Shown here piece after piece: positions 13,801 to 26,634 of a stretch of 64,000 nucleotides of DNA (the first letter of the stretch is position 1; each line of letters starts with the position of its first letter). Below the pieces are notes generated by a model. It ran no database searches and had not been told where the DNA came from. It worked only from the letters and a program-made list of their open reading frames with translations. Both the position numbers and the translations under genes were made by a program. The stretch lies in assembly GCF_009834535.1 (NCBI RefSeq), contig NC_045697.1, positions 38,752,001 through 38,816,000 of the forward strand. Direction: 5' to 3'. Origin of the DNA: Camelus ferus (Eukaryota).

Positions 13801-16800
13801 CAATGATAATTTAGATTTTTAAAAGAAAACGTCTGTGAAAATCTTATCTTTCTTTGAACCAAGATGACTAACAAAATGAACAAATTAAAATTAGCAGTTA
13901 CTAGGAAGGAAAGTAACGATTCAATAAATTTTAAAATCTGTTGAAGAATTTGAAGTGAAGGCTAATATGAGGGATCTTTTTATATTCTAATACAGGAAAC
14001 TGTATTAATGTCTCTTATAAGCAAAAACATAGTAAAGTATAATAAAGGAAATAGGAGTCAACAGTTACAAATTTGTATTGATTTTTATTGAAACTGCTTT
14101 TATCTGTTCATCTTTGTTTATGATATTAGGCATATTTCTTCTATCTCAGAAGCAATGTCAAATCAAGAATCCATAGATAAACAAGTTTATGCTGTATAGC
14201 ACAGAGAACTGTATTCAATATCTTGTAGTAACCTATGGTGAAAAAGAATATGAAAACGAATATATGTATGTTCCTATATGACTGAAGCATCATGCTGTAC
14301 ACCAGAAATTGACACATTAACTAACTATACTTCAATTAAAAAAAAAAAGAATCCATAAAAGTGGGTGAGTGTAGCTCAGTGGTAGAGCATGTTCTTAGCT
14401 TGCACAAGGTCCTGAGTTCAATCCCCAGTACTTTCATTAAAATAAATAAATATGTAAAAAAAAATTTAAGAAGGTCATTTATTTAAAAAAAAAAGAATCC
14501 ATAAAAGAAAATTTTCACTGGGACAGTACTTAGAATAAAGTAAAAGTTTTTTATTTTCTCACCAATCTCTTTATTTTTCTCTTGAATTGTCAAGTAATGT
14601 CCCTGAAGACTTGTAGTCTTGTATAAATACTTATAAAAAATAAGGTCAGGGGATTATGAAAGTTGCATTCTGGAAAGATTTTGGTGGACTAAAATGTGTT
14701 TTTGCCTTACCAACTCTATTGACTTTGATTAAGGAAAAATAAAAATTTCAAATTTGTATTTAAATGATGATTTATATAGAGACAGCAAATTCTAATTTAT
14801 GACCTAGAATAAGTTACCTAAATATTTTAAATTTTAAGGTAGCTATTGAAAGTAGAAAAGTTAAAAAAATGATTTCTTTGAATTAAAGTATATATTTTTT
14901 AAAATTAAATTTTTAGAGAAGATGAATATCTCTGAGAAATTCATGCTCAATTCAATTTATCCGTGAAGCTCAAAATTTTTATATTTAGATTAATTGTCCT
15001 CCTATACTTTTTTCTCAGGATGATGCCAATAATGATCCACAGTGGTCTGAGGAACAGCTAATCGCTGCAAATTTTTGCTTTGCTGGCCTTGTTATAGGCC
15101 AGACTGAAGTGGATATCATGAGTCATGCTACACAGGCTATCTTTGAAATACTGGAGAAGTCCTGGTTGCCCCAGAACTGTACGCTGGTTGATATGAAGGT
15201 ACAAATAAAATGGAGACTTGAAAGTAAAGATTATAACTGAGAAATGGCTTTAGTAGTATAGTTTTGAAAACCTCTTGTGGTGATGTACTGTTTCTAGATT
15301 GAATTTGGTGTTGATATAACCACCAAAGAAATTGTTCTTGCTGATGTTATTGATAATGATTCCTGGAGACTCTGGCCATCAGGAGATCGAAGCCAACAAA
15401 AAGACAAACAGGTAGGTAATGCTTCAGGTTTTTTTTTTTCTTTCTTTCTTTTTTATCCTTTGTAAGATCAGGCTGGGATAGAGGAGAAAGGGAAGACGGG
15501 AGGAAAAGAAAAGGCAGTTGTTGTTCCTTATGATATGAACCTGAATTGTTGATTGCTGTGTAATTTTAAACATGTATTTCTCATGTTTCCTGTATCCTGA
15601 AAAAAGAGATAGGAATAATACTTTACAAAGCACATTTCTCGCTTATTTTAACAGACTCTTACGCAGAGCCAGTATTATCCTTGTTGGGCTAATTGAAAAC
15701 TAAGGCTCTTAGAGGATAAAAATCTTCATGATTGTATAAGTAAGTGGCAGATCTGGAACCCTATCTCAAGTCGTGCAGATCTTATGAGGTTCCATTTCTG
15801 CTCTTTCCTATGGAAAACAAGATTAGGGCAAGACCCTCTCTACTTAATATATGAGAATTGTCAGGGCAGTTAACTGTAGTTGCTAGCGTATAAAGCACTT
15901 ATCCTTAAATGGAAATGTAACTATACATTACTATCTGAACTTTCTGTTGTCTAATTCAGGAAATTAATACATTTTCTGACTCAGGTACATTTACAGATAG
16001 ATCTTTTGCTAGGCCACCTCTTCATAATTTATACCTAAAACTCAAAAATGAAATTAACTTCAGATAGCAAAAATATTACTAACAGAATACCCAATATCTT
16101 TTTTAGTCAGAAACTGACTGAGGTCTGGGAATTGGATGAGAGGTAGTGAGTCTCTATAGCAGTGGCTCATATCAGTCATCTCTGCTTATTAGACCTGGTT
16201 GGTTTTTTTTTTTTGGTGGGGCTGGAGAAGTCATGCACATGAAGTATTCTAAACTTTCTATTTTATTTTCTAGTCATATCGTGACCTCAAGGAAGTAACT
16301 CCTGAAGGGCTGCAGATGGTAAAGAAAAATTTTGAGTGGGTTGCAGAAAGAGTAGAGGTAAACCTTGTAATAAATCCATATTGTATTGTGTTTTTCTCTA
16401 AGAAAATCTTGCTTCAAAAAGAGAAGAAGTGAGATGGTGCTGTGCTTTTCTTTTTTCCAATAACTTTAAAGGAGCACCTTTAAGAAATGTACCAGCTGAA
16501 CTAGTCTCACTGGCATCCTGGAACCCTCTTGTGAAATGGGCCAGGCCACTTCTCCTAAGTTCTTTTAGGGAAACCTGGAATCCTTTTCTCCTTACCCCTT
16601 GCAGGAGAAGCCTTACATTTCCTACCTACCTGTCCGCTGCTACTCAGAGTTCCATTAGCAGAGTTCAGAATTGGAACTCCATGCAACATTAAAATGTCAG
16701 TTTAAAATTTATGGTATTATTATTATTACTATAATCTCATGGAAATTGAATGGGGTTTGTGGTTATCCAAGGTAGTAACTACTTTTTAGGACATCATTTC

Positions 16801-19800
16801 CATGGGAACATGCCTTTTGAATTCCAAGCAACTAGCTTACAAAGATTTATAACATGACCTTTATTTTGGCTGATTATGCCTTAAAACTTCTGTTAAACAG
16901 AATGTACTAAAAATCTTAGATAAAATATATTATAACTTCCTGAACACTAATTAAAAGTTTTGAGTGTTTATCATTGCTTTTTATTAATAGTAAACATATT
17001 TTCTGTTAATAGTAAATATAATTTAGTAAACATACTTTTTGTTAATAGTAAACATAATTTATCTGATTTAAAATCTTACTCTTTAGGGGTCTTAATTATG
17101 AAGACCACTTTCCTTTATATATGGAGGTTATTTTGAAAAATAAAACCTATCATTTTATTCTGCTTGTCTCTTTCTTAAATTTGGTCTTAATAGAAAGAAA
17201 ATACTCTGTCAAGTTATAATTTTACTATAAATTATAACTCTGTAAACGGACTATTTTTATGGTACTTATTCCTGTATTTATCCAAATTTGTCCTTACCAT
17301 CTTTTGCATATTCATGTTTTTCTCTTCCAGTTGCTTCTGAAACCAGAAAGTCAGTGCAGAGTTGTAGTATTGATGGGCTCAACTTCTGATCTCAGTCACT
17401 GTGAAAAAATTAAGAAGGCTTGCGGAAGTTTTGGCATTCCATGTGAACTTAGGGTAACATCTGCCCATAAAGGACCAGATGAAACTCTGAGGATTAAAGC
17501 TCAGTATGAAGGTGAATGTCGAATAACTAGAGCATTTCAGGAAGTTCTCCTGATTTTGCCTCCAAATTATATATTTAGACTAATAATGCTGAAAAATAGC
17601 TTTGCCCCATTTCCAAGGGAAAAAAATGTGATATTCTAGACTTTCCTGATATTTGCCTACAAAAACTTTAAGGTGCTGTTGGAGCTTATAAAAGAGTTAG
17701 AATTAGTCTTTACCTAGTAAGAAGCCCGTCAAGCATTGTTTCAAATACTCTTCAACAGAAAATGGGCCCCACGTCAGTTACAGGAGACCTGAGGTTGAAG
17801 CAGCAGATCCTCTGAAGTACCTTGAATGGCTGTCCTTTTCTGGGAGGCAGTCAAACATGAAATTAAGGAATAATTGCAGAATTTAATTCATAAAAGAAGT
17901 GGCTTGATGGGATAGCATAGATCGAAAATAATGGAGCCCTGGAGACACAACCAAGTTTCTCCACTGGAAAAAAATGTTGGTTGAGTATTCCTTCTTAAGA
18001 TAGTTACTATAGGAGTATAATTATTGAGTTTGGGTTTGTTTTGTTTTGTTGGCTGACACAGGGCAGGGGTGGGTGGGTGGGTCTCAGATCCCTGTGATAA
18101 GCTAGTAAAAGCCAGAACTATTTCTACAGAAAAATACAGATACATAAAATTTTGGATTCTCAGTTAGGAATCTCTGCTGTAGGAAACAAATAATTTATGA
18201 AAGAATGAAATGTTTATGAGATGTTAAAAAAAATATATATATATATATAAAAGGGCCTTAAATATTTGAGTACTATATTATTGAATTCATTTCTTCAATT
18301 CTTGTTTCAAGAAGTGTCCCCAAACCTCTAGTCTCTATTAACTTGTCTCCCATACCCTGTAGGTTGAAGGACACGAGGACAGATGCTGGTTCAGGTGGTG
18401 TCATTCTTTGCTTCAGTGAGCGTAAGCAGCAGCAGTGAAGGGGCCTTTGAGCCATTTCCTCACTAGCACCTTGGTACCCTCTTTATAGTATAGATCTCAA
18501 AAAATGGCCAAACCTATTCTTGCTACTTCATTACTTGATATACATACAGTAAGTGGCAGAATGAACCTTGTATTTTGAATGTATATCTAACAATATTATC
18601 TTAATATAGTGCTTTTTCTACAGACTGCTATTAAAGGAAGTCAAGGAGTTACTGCATATGGGTCCCCCCCTTTTTTAACCTGTCTTTAAATCTCTTTTGA
18701 ATGTTTAGCCTAATAATAAACCTGTAATTTCCCTAGGGGATGGCATTCCTACTGTATTTGTGGCAGTGGCAGGCAGAAGCAATGGTTTAGGACCAGTGAT
18801 GTCTGGTAACACTGCATATCCAGTTATCAGCTGTCCTCCCCTCACTGCAGACTGGGGAGCTCAAGATGTGTGGTCTTCTCTTCGATTACCCAGTGGTAAG
18901 ATACACTGACTTTCTAAAAATTATTAAAAAGTTTCAAAGAAGCACAATAGTAGAGAGAATATAACAATGAAATCTCATGTACCCATTACCCAGCTTCAGC
19001 AGTTAACATCTTGTTGCATCTGTAGCCCTCTCCTGCTGGATTATTTTAGAAGCCTAACACACTGTCCATTGTGCAACAGAGCCAGTTCCCTGCTGGATTA
19101 TTTTAAAGCAGATCTGAGACAGTATAGCATTTTATACTTAGATATTTAAGTATGCTTTTCTAAGTGATACTTTATAGTTTTAAAATCATAATCAGGATAC
19201 TGTAAGAAAAATTAATGGTAATTTCTTAAAATCACTTAATTCCAGTTAGGGTTCAAATTTTTCCAGTCATCTCATTTGTTTTTACAGTTGGCTTGTTCAA
19301 ATTAAGATCCAACACAGTCCCTACCCTGCATTTAATTGATAAATCTCTTAAGTCTCTTTTAATCCCCCTCCTTTTTTTCCTTTCATTTGTCCTATAGAAT
19401 CTTCCACATTTTGGATTTAGTTGGTTATATTCCTGGGTGTTGTTTACTATGCTCATCCATCCCCTATATGTTCTGTAAACTACTGGTAAGATCTGTAGTT
19501 ATTTCAAGTTCAGATTTCTTTTTTTCAACCCAAGAATACATCATTCATTATATTGAGTTTTTTTTTTTAAGTAAATGTGGTATTACTTTTGTAGAGGAAA
19601 TGAAATTTTTAAAAAATTAGGGGTTAGAATAATTAAAACACAAGGAAGTTTCATCAGTTGGCTGCCTGAGCAGAGTCTCATAAAATAACAATATTGTGGT
19701 ATGCTCATCATAGTCCAAGATAATGATCTGATCTACAAGTCCTAAGAGTCATGACTGTTTTACTTTAGTAAAAGTTGATTTGCTTATTACTTAAACCTCC

Positions 19801-22800
19801 AACTTCTCTCTCAGTCGTGTAAGTGTAAATCTGCTCATGTGTGGAGTATGTTATGTACCTATGCCCCCTGACCTGTTCCCATATGGACTGGCTTCTCTCC
19901 AGGCCTGCTGCACTGCTCTCAGTCAGCATCATGGATGTTCATTTTGCCTTTCTCTAGTATTGGATCTCTTGTGTCCTAGGTCCCATGTCTTCGCCTTCCT
20001 TGGCTTACTTTTTGTTGGAAAGCATTCTTAGTGAACTCCCTGAGGAAAGGGTATAGAAGATAAACTTCCTGAGACCTTGTATATCTAAAATGTTTGTATC
20101 GTAGCTCACACTGATTTGATAATTTAGGAATCGAATTCAAGGTTGAAAATTATTTTGTCAGAATTTTGAGGGCTTACTCCACTGTCTTCTAGCTTCCAGA
20201 GTTATTGAAAACTCCAGTCCCCTTCCACTATAGGTGATTCTGGGTTGTTTTATGCATTGTGTTTCTTTCTGGAAGCTTTTAGGATCTTTTCAATCCAATT
20301 GTCCTTAAATCTCACAAAGATGTGTCTTGGTAAGTCCGTTTTCATCCTGGCATTTTAGTTGGCTCTTTTAATCTGGAACATCAATTCTTTAGTCCTGGGA
20401 AATTTTCTTGAATTCCTTAATAATTTCCTTCCCCCTCCATTTTCTTTCTTCTCTCATTTTTGAATTTATTTTTCACATTTGAACTTCCTTCATTTCTATT
20501 TTGTTTTCTTATTCCTGTTGCTATACCTCCTGGAATATTTCCTCAGCTTTACATTCCAACCCTTCCATTGAGTTTTCATTGGGTACAGTATTTTTAATTT
20601 CTTACTCATCCCTCCCAGACATCCTTTTCTTGTTTAATCTTTGCAATAACCTCTCAGTAATCTGAGGTTATTATTATTTCTTTCATATTGGTTCCTTTCC
20701 TTAGCTGTTTGCTGAGCCTTGGCTGTTTGCTCTTAAAGAATGGGCATAGTAAAAACCAACTGGAAGCTCTACAAGTGGGTGGGGCTTGTCACAAGTGGCC
20801 TCGACTGTGGGGTGATCTTGTAGGGTTGTTCTTTGAATAACCCCCCACATCAGTGTCTTCAGTCTTTTCTCATGTATTGGCCAGAACTACCCAGAGAACC
20901 TTTCTAGTCTCAGTCTCTGCCTGGGGAAGTGAACTTGGCTGCCAGCATTCTGGAAGCTGGCGATCTTAACAAATGTGTGCAAACTTAATCCCATGTTTTC
21001 ACTGTAGCACTCCTTGCCTCAGTTGTGCCTGGTTGGCACAGAAGTCTGGACTAAAGTGTTTTGCCTCCAGAAAAATTTAAAACTGCCATGGTGCAGAATG
21101 GGCCACTGCTAAGGTACATAGAGTAGGGAAGGGGATCTGATGGCCTTACTGTTCAACTTCTACTCAGTCTTCTTTTTAGTCCCATTTTCACCCTCACTCT
21201 TCCCCTCAAAAGTATCTGGTATCACCAATTCCTCAACCTTTGAGTGAGTTCTCTAATGTCAGGTAGCTTTTCATCTTCCCTGCTTCTAGTTTAGGTTTAA
21301 ATTTTCTTGGTTTGCTAAGTTAGTTACTACTCGATTTGCCACGTCATTGCTGTTATCTCTTGTTCGTGTGTTTGTCTATTTCCTTTATTCCCTTTACTGT
21401 TGTTTTTATAGGTTTCAGAGAAACATCTTTTGACTAATCCATCTTTAACTAGATAGATCTGATTATATCAGCTTCAGCAAGTTAAAAATCATAACTATAA
21501 ATGAAGCTATACCCAAATTTATGCCAGACGAATGGCATAGGTATTATTATCCATGGAGCTTAGAGAAAGGAATGTGGTGAGCAAAAATTTGGCAGTTTTT
21601 ACCTAGTAATATCCAAGGGGAGACAGAATCTAGAAGATTTGTACATTCTGGTCAGTAGAATTGGGGATAATCTTTTGAGGAACAGTTTTACAGTGGCTAT
21701 ATAAAATCCTAAAAACTTTCTCGTATGGCATGCTCCCCAGATAACTTCATTTTTTTTCTAATTAAGCTTTCTTAATATCAGAAAGGGAGTCCTGGGCAGC
21801 AGGCACAGGTATTTCAGTTGCTAGAGTGGAACACTCTACCCAGTATACTACTGATGGTTGACATTCACTGAGTACTTACTCTGTGTGCCAGGCACTGTGC
21901 CTCGCACTTACTCTGTTTATACAGTAACTCACTGAATCCTCACAAAAGGTAGCTACTAGTTATCACTCCCATGTTACAGATAGGGATACTAAAATTAAGT
22001 AATTTGGCTGATGTTAGTTACATAGTAAGTGGTACAGCTATATGTAAATTGATTTATTAATACAAATTAAATAAACCTTGTGATTTCTGCTTTAGTCCGT
22101 TCTTACTGGGGATAGTAAGAGTCAGAAAGCCTGATGAATTCCAAGAGTTTGGGGAAAATATAGCTTTTGGAATGAATTCTAAGCTAGCTAGTCCTTGACT
22201 CTAGGGACAAAGACGTAATGGTACCACCTCAAGAAGCTCTGCCTGAGCAAACCCGTGGTGCCCAAGAAGTTACTTTCTTTTTTTTTAGATCTTATTACTG
22301 AATTATTATTATTGAATTTATTTATAACCTGATTCTTAGAATTATTTTATGGATTTGACTTTTTCACTGCTTAAAAATGTTAGAATACTTCAAGTGCAGA
22401 GACAAAAGGAATAACTAGAAAATTACCAGAACAATTAACGTACCTCAGGTTTGTCTAAGAACAGATGCTTCGCTTCTACCCACTTACCTCGTTCTTTGTT
22501 TTATTTCTGTTGCCTTTCATCAGATATTTAAAGGGATAGTCCATGTGAAAAGAACTTTGAAAAAAGTAAATTTCCTTGCAAGTGGATTCAGTGAGGAGAG
22601 TGATAGTTAATGTATATAAAATATCTGTTCCCGGTGGATAAATATTACTTATCCTCTTATAATTACTTTATCACTCTAATAGTAAAGATGGAAATTCCTT
22701 CCACAGATCCTACTTTAGACAAGGATAATATAGTAGCTTTTATTGTTTGTAGCTAGCAGGGCTTCCAAGAGTATAAAATAGTTTGTTAAGTGGTATTTCG

Positions 22801-23001
22801 TCAATTTTCTGTCTTTTCTTTTCTGAACCAATAGGTCTTGGCTGTTCAACCATACTTTCTCCAGAAGGATCAGCTCAGTTTGCTGCTCAGATATTTGGAT
22901 TAAACAACCATTTGGTATGGGCCAAGCTGCGAGCAAGTGTATTGAACACATGGATTTCCTTGAAGCAGGCTGACAAGAAAATCAGAAAGGGCAATTTATA
23001 A
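4803..23001 (+). CDS. PAICS: Bifunctional AIR carboxylase / SAICAR synthetase, full span of 9 coding exons, 425 aa
   Basis: Exon lengths 16+198+179+180+114+84+181+159+167 = 1278 nt, all GT-AG, phases compatible. Runs [22 protein letters not shown]...KKIRKGNL*. Confidence 0.98.
6008..6313. mobile_element. hAT-Charlie DNA transposon fossil (MER33/MER3 group)
   Basis: Ends ...gctgtctagtag / ...tattggacagcacag with internal agtagccacattt motifs; CTAG-containing sites on both flanks. Confidence 0.75.
8017..8121 (+). mobile_element. 5'-truncated tRNA-derived SINE (Vic-1-like)
   Basis: TGGTAGAGTGCATGCCTAGCATGCACGAGGTCCTGGG...CCCCAGT, then an (AAAT)n and C-rich tail. TSD AAGAAACCC at 8002-8010 and 8122-8130. 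Confidence 0.85.
8318..8530 (+). mobile_element. MIR SINE remnant
   Basis: tagtgggaagagcacagaattag...ccgtgtgacct...ttagtttcctaatct resembles the MIR core. Confidence 0.6.
8661..8858 (+). CDS. PAICS: PAICS exon 2
   Basis: tttcag|...[24 protein letters not shown]...[13 protein letters not shown]. Confidence 0.97.
11545..11760 (+). mobile_element. MIR SINE remnant
   Basis: ttacttaacttctttgagcctctatttctttcactacaaaatg...aataatagtacttacctca core. Confidence 0.7.
12210..12735 (-). mobile_element. LINE-1 3' end (L1MA/MB-like)
   Basis: tgtggtaaaatatacataacataaaatttaccatttt...ggacacttgggttgtttcc...agtggaattgctgggtcatatgg. Confidence 0.85.
13470..13648 (+). CDS. PAICS: PAICS exon 3
   Basis: tgtag|[66 protein letters not shown]. 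Confidence 0.97.
14176..14346 (+). mobile_element. Short young LINE-1 3' fragment with poly(A) tail
   Basis: ctgtatagcacagagaactgtattcaatatcttgtag...ctatacttcaattAAAA; flanked by AAGAATCCATA. Confidence 0.85.
14362..14492 (+). mobile_element. tRNA-derived SINE (Vic-1-like)
   Basis: A-box TAGCTCAGTGG, B-box-like GAGTTCAATCCCC, A-rich tail; TSD AAGAATCCATAAAAG. Confidence 0.88.
15019..15198 (+). CDS. PAICS: PAICS exon 4
   Basis: ctcag|[17 protein letters not shown]...[14 protein letters not shown]. Confidence 0.97.
15298..15411 (+). CDS. PAICS: PAICS exon 5
   Basis: tctag|[44 protein letters not shown]. Confidence 0.97.
16274..16357 (+). CDS. PAICS: PAICS exon 6
   Basis: tctag|[34 protein letters not shown]. 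Confidence 0.96.
17331..17511 (+). CDS. PAICS: PAICS exon 7 (start of AIR carboxylase domain)
   Basis: tccag|[21 protein letters not shown]...[26 protein letters not shown]. Confidence 0.97.
18737..18895 (+). CDS. PAICS: PAICS exon 8
   Basis: cctag|[35 protein letters not shown]...[13 protein letters not shown]. Confidence 0.97.
18920..19560 (-). mobile_element. Old LINE-1 (L1MC/ME-like) remnant
   Basis: catgtacccattacccagcttc...ttattttaaagcagatctgagac...ttgttcaaattaagatcc. Confidence 0.6.
20020..21450 (-). mobile_element. Old L1/HAL1-like remnant
   Basis: T-rich; ctccactgtcttctagcttcca, tttagtcctgggaaattttcttg motifs typical of antisense L1/HAL1. Confidence 0.5.
22835..23001 (+). CDS. PAICS: PAICS exon 9 (last coding exon)
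   Basis: aatag|[22 protein letters not shown]...KKIRKGNL, stop TAA 22999-23001. Confidence 0.97.
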
Positions 23002-23117
23002 GAAACAACATCATCACATTTTTAAGAAGAAAAACTGTAAATCTCTGGTTTAGCTGCAGAAAAAAAAATCAAGACAAAACATTTAAAATCAATCAGAGAA
23101 AACAAAATTTATAAGTG

Positions 23118-23123
23118 AATAAA
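23118..23123 (+). terminator. Candidate proximal poly(A) signal of PAICS
   Basis: AATAAA 117 nt after the stop, with TGTGTGT/T-rich sequence downstream. Further AATAAA at 23829, 24988, 25650. Confidence 0.55.
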
Positions 23124-25789
23124 TGCTTCTAGATTCATCAGTTAGTGAAATATGTGTGTACTGATATTTCTTTATCAGTAGTGAAATTACTATAAGTACA
23201 TTTTAAAATTAATCTTTTACTATATGATCATTATTAGGTAGGCAGTATAATTATATTTCTTAAATGCTAATAACATCTTATAGAGCTCTAAAGTTACTAC
23301 TGGACTTCCTACATCTCAATCCATAAGTTTTAGAAAGTTAAAATGGTAGTATCTTAGAGAGGGTAGTTAACAGCAACGTAGTCCTCTTTTATATTATGAT
23401 CTTTACAAAATTCTAAAGGCACAGTTTATTTTCAGTCAGTATATCAGAAAATGATGTATTTATCTCTAGCTATAGATAACGATGATGGTTTTGATTTTAC
23501 TTTTTTAAGAGAAGCTGAGATTGATGGTAGGGGTAGGAAAGGCATGAAACAAGATGAAGGGCAATGTGGAAGCCATGGAGAGACTTTTGGGAACTTCTCT
23601 GTTGGGTGTCAGGGCAATTTCCAATGGGAAAAAAAGTACAGTCCCCTTTGCCATTCCAAATGAAAGATTTTGTGGATCTGTAGGTCAAAATTCTTTTAAT
23701 TCTGATTATACATATTTTAGCCAGACTAACAATTCCCAGCCTACCATCATTTTCAGAAACTGGAATCTTCCATTAATAACCGTAACTAGTTTGTTTCTTG
23801 TAATAGTATTAAGTCTGGGAGTATACCCAATAAAATTCACTTCTATAGGAGCAGTTGTTACTGAGAGGTACACAGTTCATCATCAGTCTGTAAACCATAT
23901 TTGGAAATCATTGTTATATTATGCAGCCTTGAAGGTTTTATAGATCATTAAACTTTAGTCAGAGTGCCCATGAGTCCGTTAATCTTAAGTGTAAAATTTT
24001 ATGTATATGTTCAATTTTATGAAAAGGGGACAGTTTTTACCAAAAGATCTGTGTCCTCAAAAATGTTAAGAATCTGCTGCAGATGAAATCTTGATAAGAC
24101 TTGCCACTGGCCTGCACTTGTCTACGCCTTTTCACCTCCCTCTCAACTGCTAACAAGCGAGCATCTCATCACTTCTTCCACCTGATTTCTGTGGGGTATG
24201 ACTGATGTAGCTATTCGTTTTTGGGGCTAGACCCCAAGCTGTTCCAGCCTCGATCGCTTCTCATAGTACTCTTTCCCCTTAAATATTGACGTTTCCTAAT
24301 ATTCAGTTCATTGTTTACAAATAGTGGTAGAGTAATCTTAATTCTTTTAGCTAAAACTAGCATAGTGACTCCCAGCTTTTGTCTGTAGACTTGTTTTTTC
24401 AAGTGTCCATTTCCCTGTAAATGCTCCAAACTTAGTTCATCTTCCACCAAGCCTAAAGCCGGCTACACTCACTGTACCAAGTACGAAGCTTGTTTTTTAT
24501 CCTTGATGTTTTTCTCTGACTTTTCATCTCTAACTCAACACCAGGTCTTGAATTTACTGTTTACCCATCCTCTACAAAAACCTCAAGCAAGGGTCAAATT
24601 CTATTCTATCAGCCTGATCTAGAAAGTCTTCATTCTCAACCCAACCTTTTTGAAGTTGACTGTCCAAGGACTTACAACATCGACTCTTAAATAAATCTCT
24701 TTTGCAACACAGACTCCTTTGAACGTATGAATGCCATTGACCCTCTCCCTAGAAAATTACACATAAAACTTACCAATACATTCCATTGGTTCTTGGGTTC
24801 CCTTGAAACTTATGCATTGTAGGTTAAGAATCGCTAATGTAATCTATCAAGGGAACTTGGTTGCCCCATAACTTTCAGACTGTCACATATCTGTACCTTT
24901 AATTCTTAGAATTTCCTCATTTCTGTCTTTAATACCTTTGTTAATTACTAGAGCTTCATCTTTTACTGTTTCCATGAAACCTTCCCTAATAAACCTTCCT
25001 CTAGCTACAATGGCTACAAGGACTTTGTCTGAATTGTGAGCTCCCAAAGAGGAGAAAATATAATTCTACACTTTATTTCCCTTACATTGCTTATGCTCTG
25101 ATGTCCTATGCTTAACTGTCTGCCAGAAATGGGGGAATTATAAAAATCATGTACTGTTTAATTTTCTATCTTAATTTTAGATTACAAGAACAGTTAAAAA
25201 GATTTGATTTTAACATTTCTGAACTTCGGTTTCATGGCCTCTGAATAGTCAATGGCTGACATTTCAGCTCTTCTATTCCTACCTAGCAAAAGATCCACCT
25301 ATTTCTGTGCAGTACATAAAAATTTCAAACGTTGATTTAGACTGGTGGATAGGACTGACTTTTATCAATGATCATTATTTCACTATTAGTTTCTTAATAT
25401 TGAGTGCATATATCCTCAGTAGTACAGTTCATCAGTGCTAAAGTAAATACTTGTTTAAAAATATTTTGACTATGTTACAAAAAGTAACTTAAACCTGTCT
25501 TTGGAAGTTTATACTTTCTATGGGCTTGTAGTTAAAAAGAGGAGAAAAAATTGTGTCCAAATAATGTGGTTCTTAAACTTCATATCTTAAAGCCACATTC
25601 AGAATTGCTGTTAACTTTAATGCCTTCTGAAATTTAAACAATGCAGCCAAATAAAAGATAAAGATAAGCTCTATGTGAAGCTTTATTCTTTCATCCCTAT
25701 GTGAAATACATTTTACCTGATTTTATTCTAGGCTCTAGGAAAGCAACACTGAACAAAGACAAGGCCCTCCCCCTTCCAAAATGTATCTT

Positions 25790-26260
25790 TGATTGGAGAT
25801 GACAAACCATAAAAGATAAACTGGATAGATTGAGGGAAGTCTAAGTGCATGTGAATAATAACCGAGGTGAGAGGAAAGTGATGGGGTTAGGGGATGGTTT
25901 TTGAGGAGAGCAGGCAATGATGTGAAAGAGCAAGCCATGAAAAGATACAGGGAAGTAGTTTTCCAGACTAAGGGAACAAAGTAAAACAGCTTTGCCTTTT
26001 TGAGGACCTGGAAACATGCCAGTATTGCTGGAGCTCTGAGCAAGGGTACGAGTGGAAGGAGATGCTGAGGTAAGCAATGGCTAATCACTTAGGGCCTGTG
26101 GACCACACTGAAGTGTGACAGAAAAACAGCTGGGAAGCTTGAGCAGGGGAATGACATGATGTATTCAACATATTTTATAGTATTCTCTGGCTATTGTATG
26201 GACTAGAAGAGAAGCAAAGAGATTGGTTAAGAGGTCACTGTAGCCCAGTTGAGAGATGTG
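25790..26260. mobile_element. LINE-2 remnant (MIR follows at about 26265-26390)
   Basis: gagcaggggaatgacatgat...ctctggctattgtatgg...aagaggtcactgtag L2-like motifs. Confidence 0.6.
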
Positions 26261-26634
26261 ATCTTCGCCAAGTTATTTAAAGAATTTTTGTGCCTCAATT
26301 TCCTCATGTGTAAAGTGGGACTAATATTACCTACCTCATGGTGGTTGTGAGAATTTTATGAGACAGCGTATAGAAAGCATATCCCAGCATGTGACTACAT
26401 TATATAAAAATCCATTTGGCAGACTGTACAGTATACAATGAGTAGAATGAATTCCATGAAAACTTCCTTGAATTTGATAATCCCTTCAGCTGATTTAATT
26501 TCTGAAAACAGCAAAGGTAAAACGGGCAGAGTCAGCATATCGTGACTTAAATAAAGCATTATGCACCACGGAACATCCACAGTCTCCCTGCCCTCTTCAG
26601 CACAGCAGTCCTCAGAAAGACAATGGAAACACTT

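Noticed and set aside
14362..14432. tRNA-like sequence
   Set aside because: SINE head with mismatched stems, A-rich tail and TSD; same applies to the other copies.
23451..23943. ORFs downstream of the PAICS stop
   Set aside because: 3' UTR or flank with no homology or splice support.
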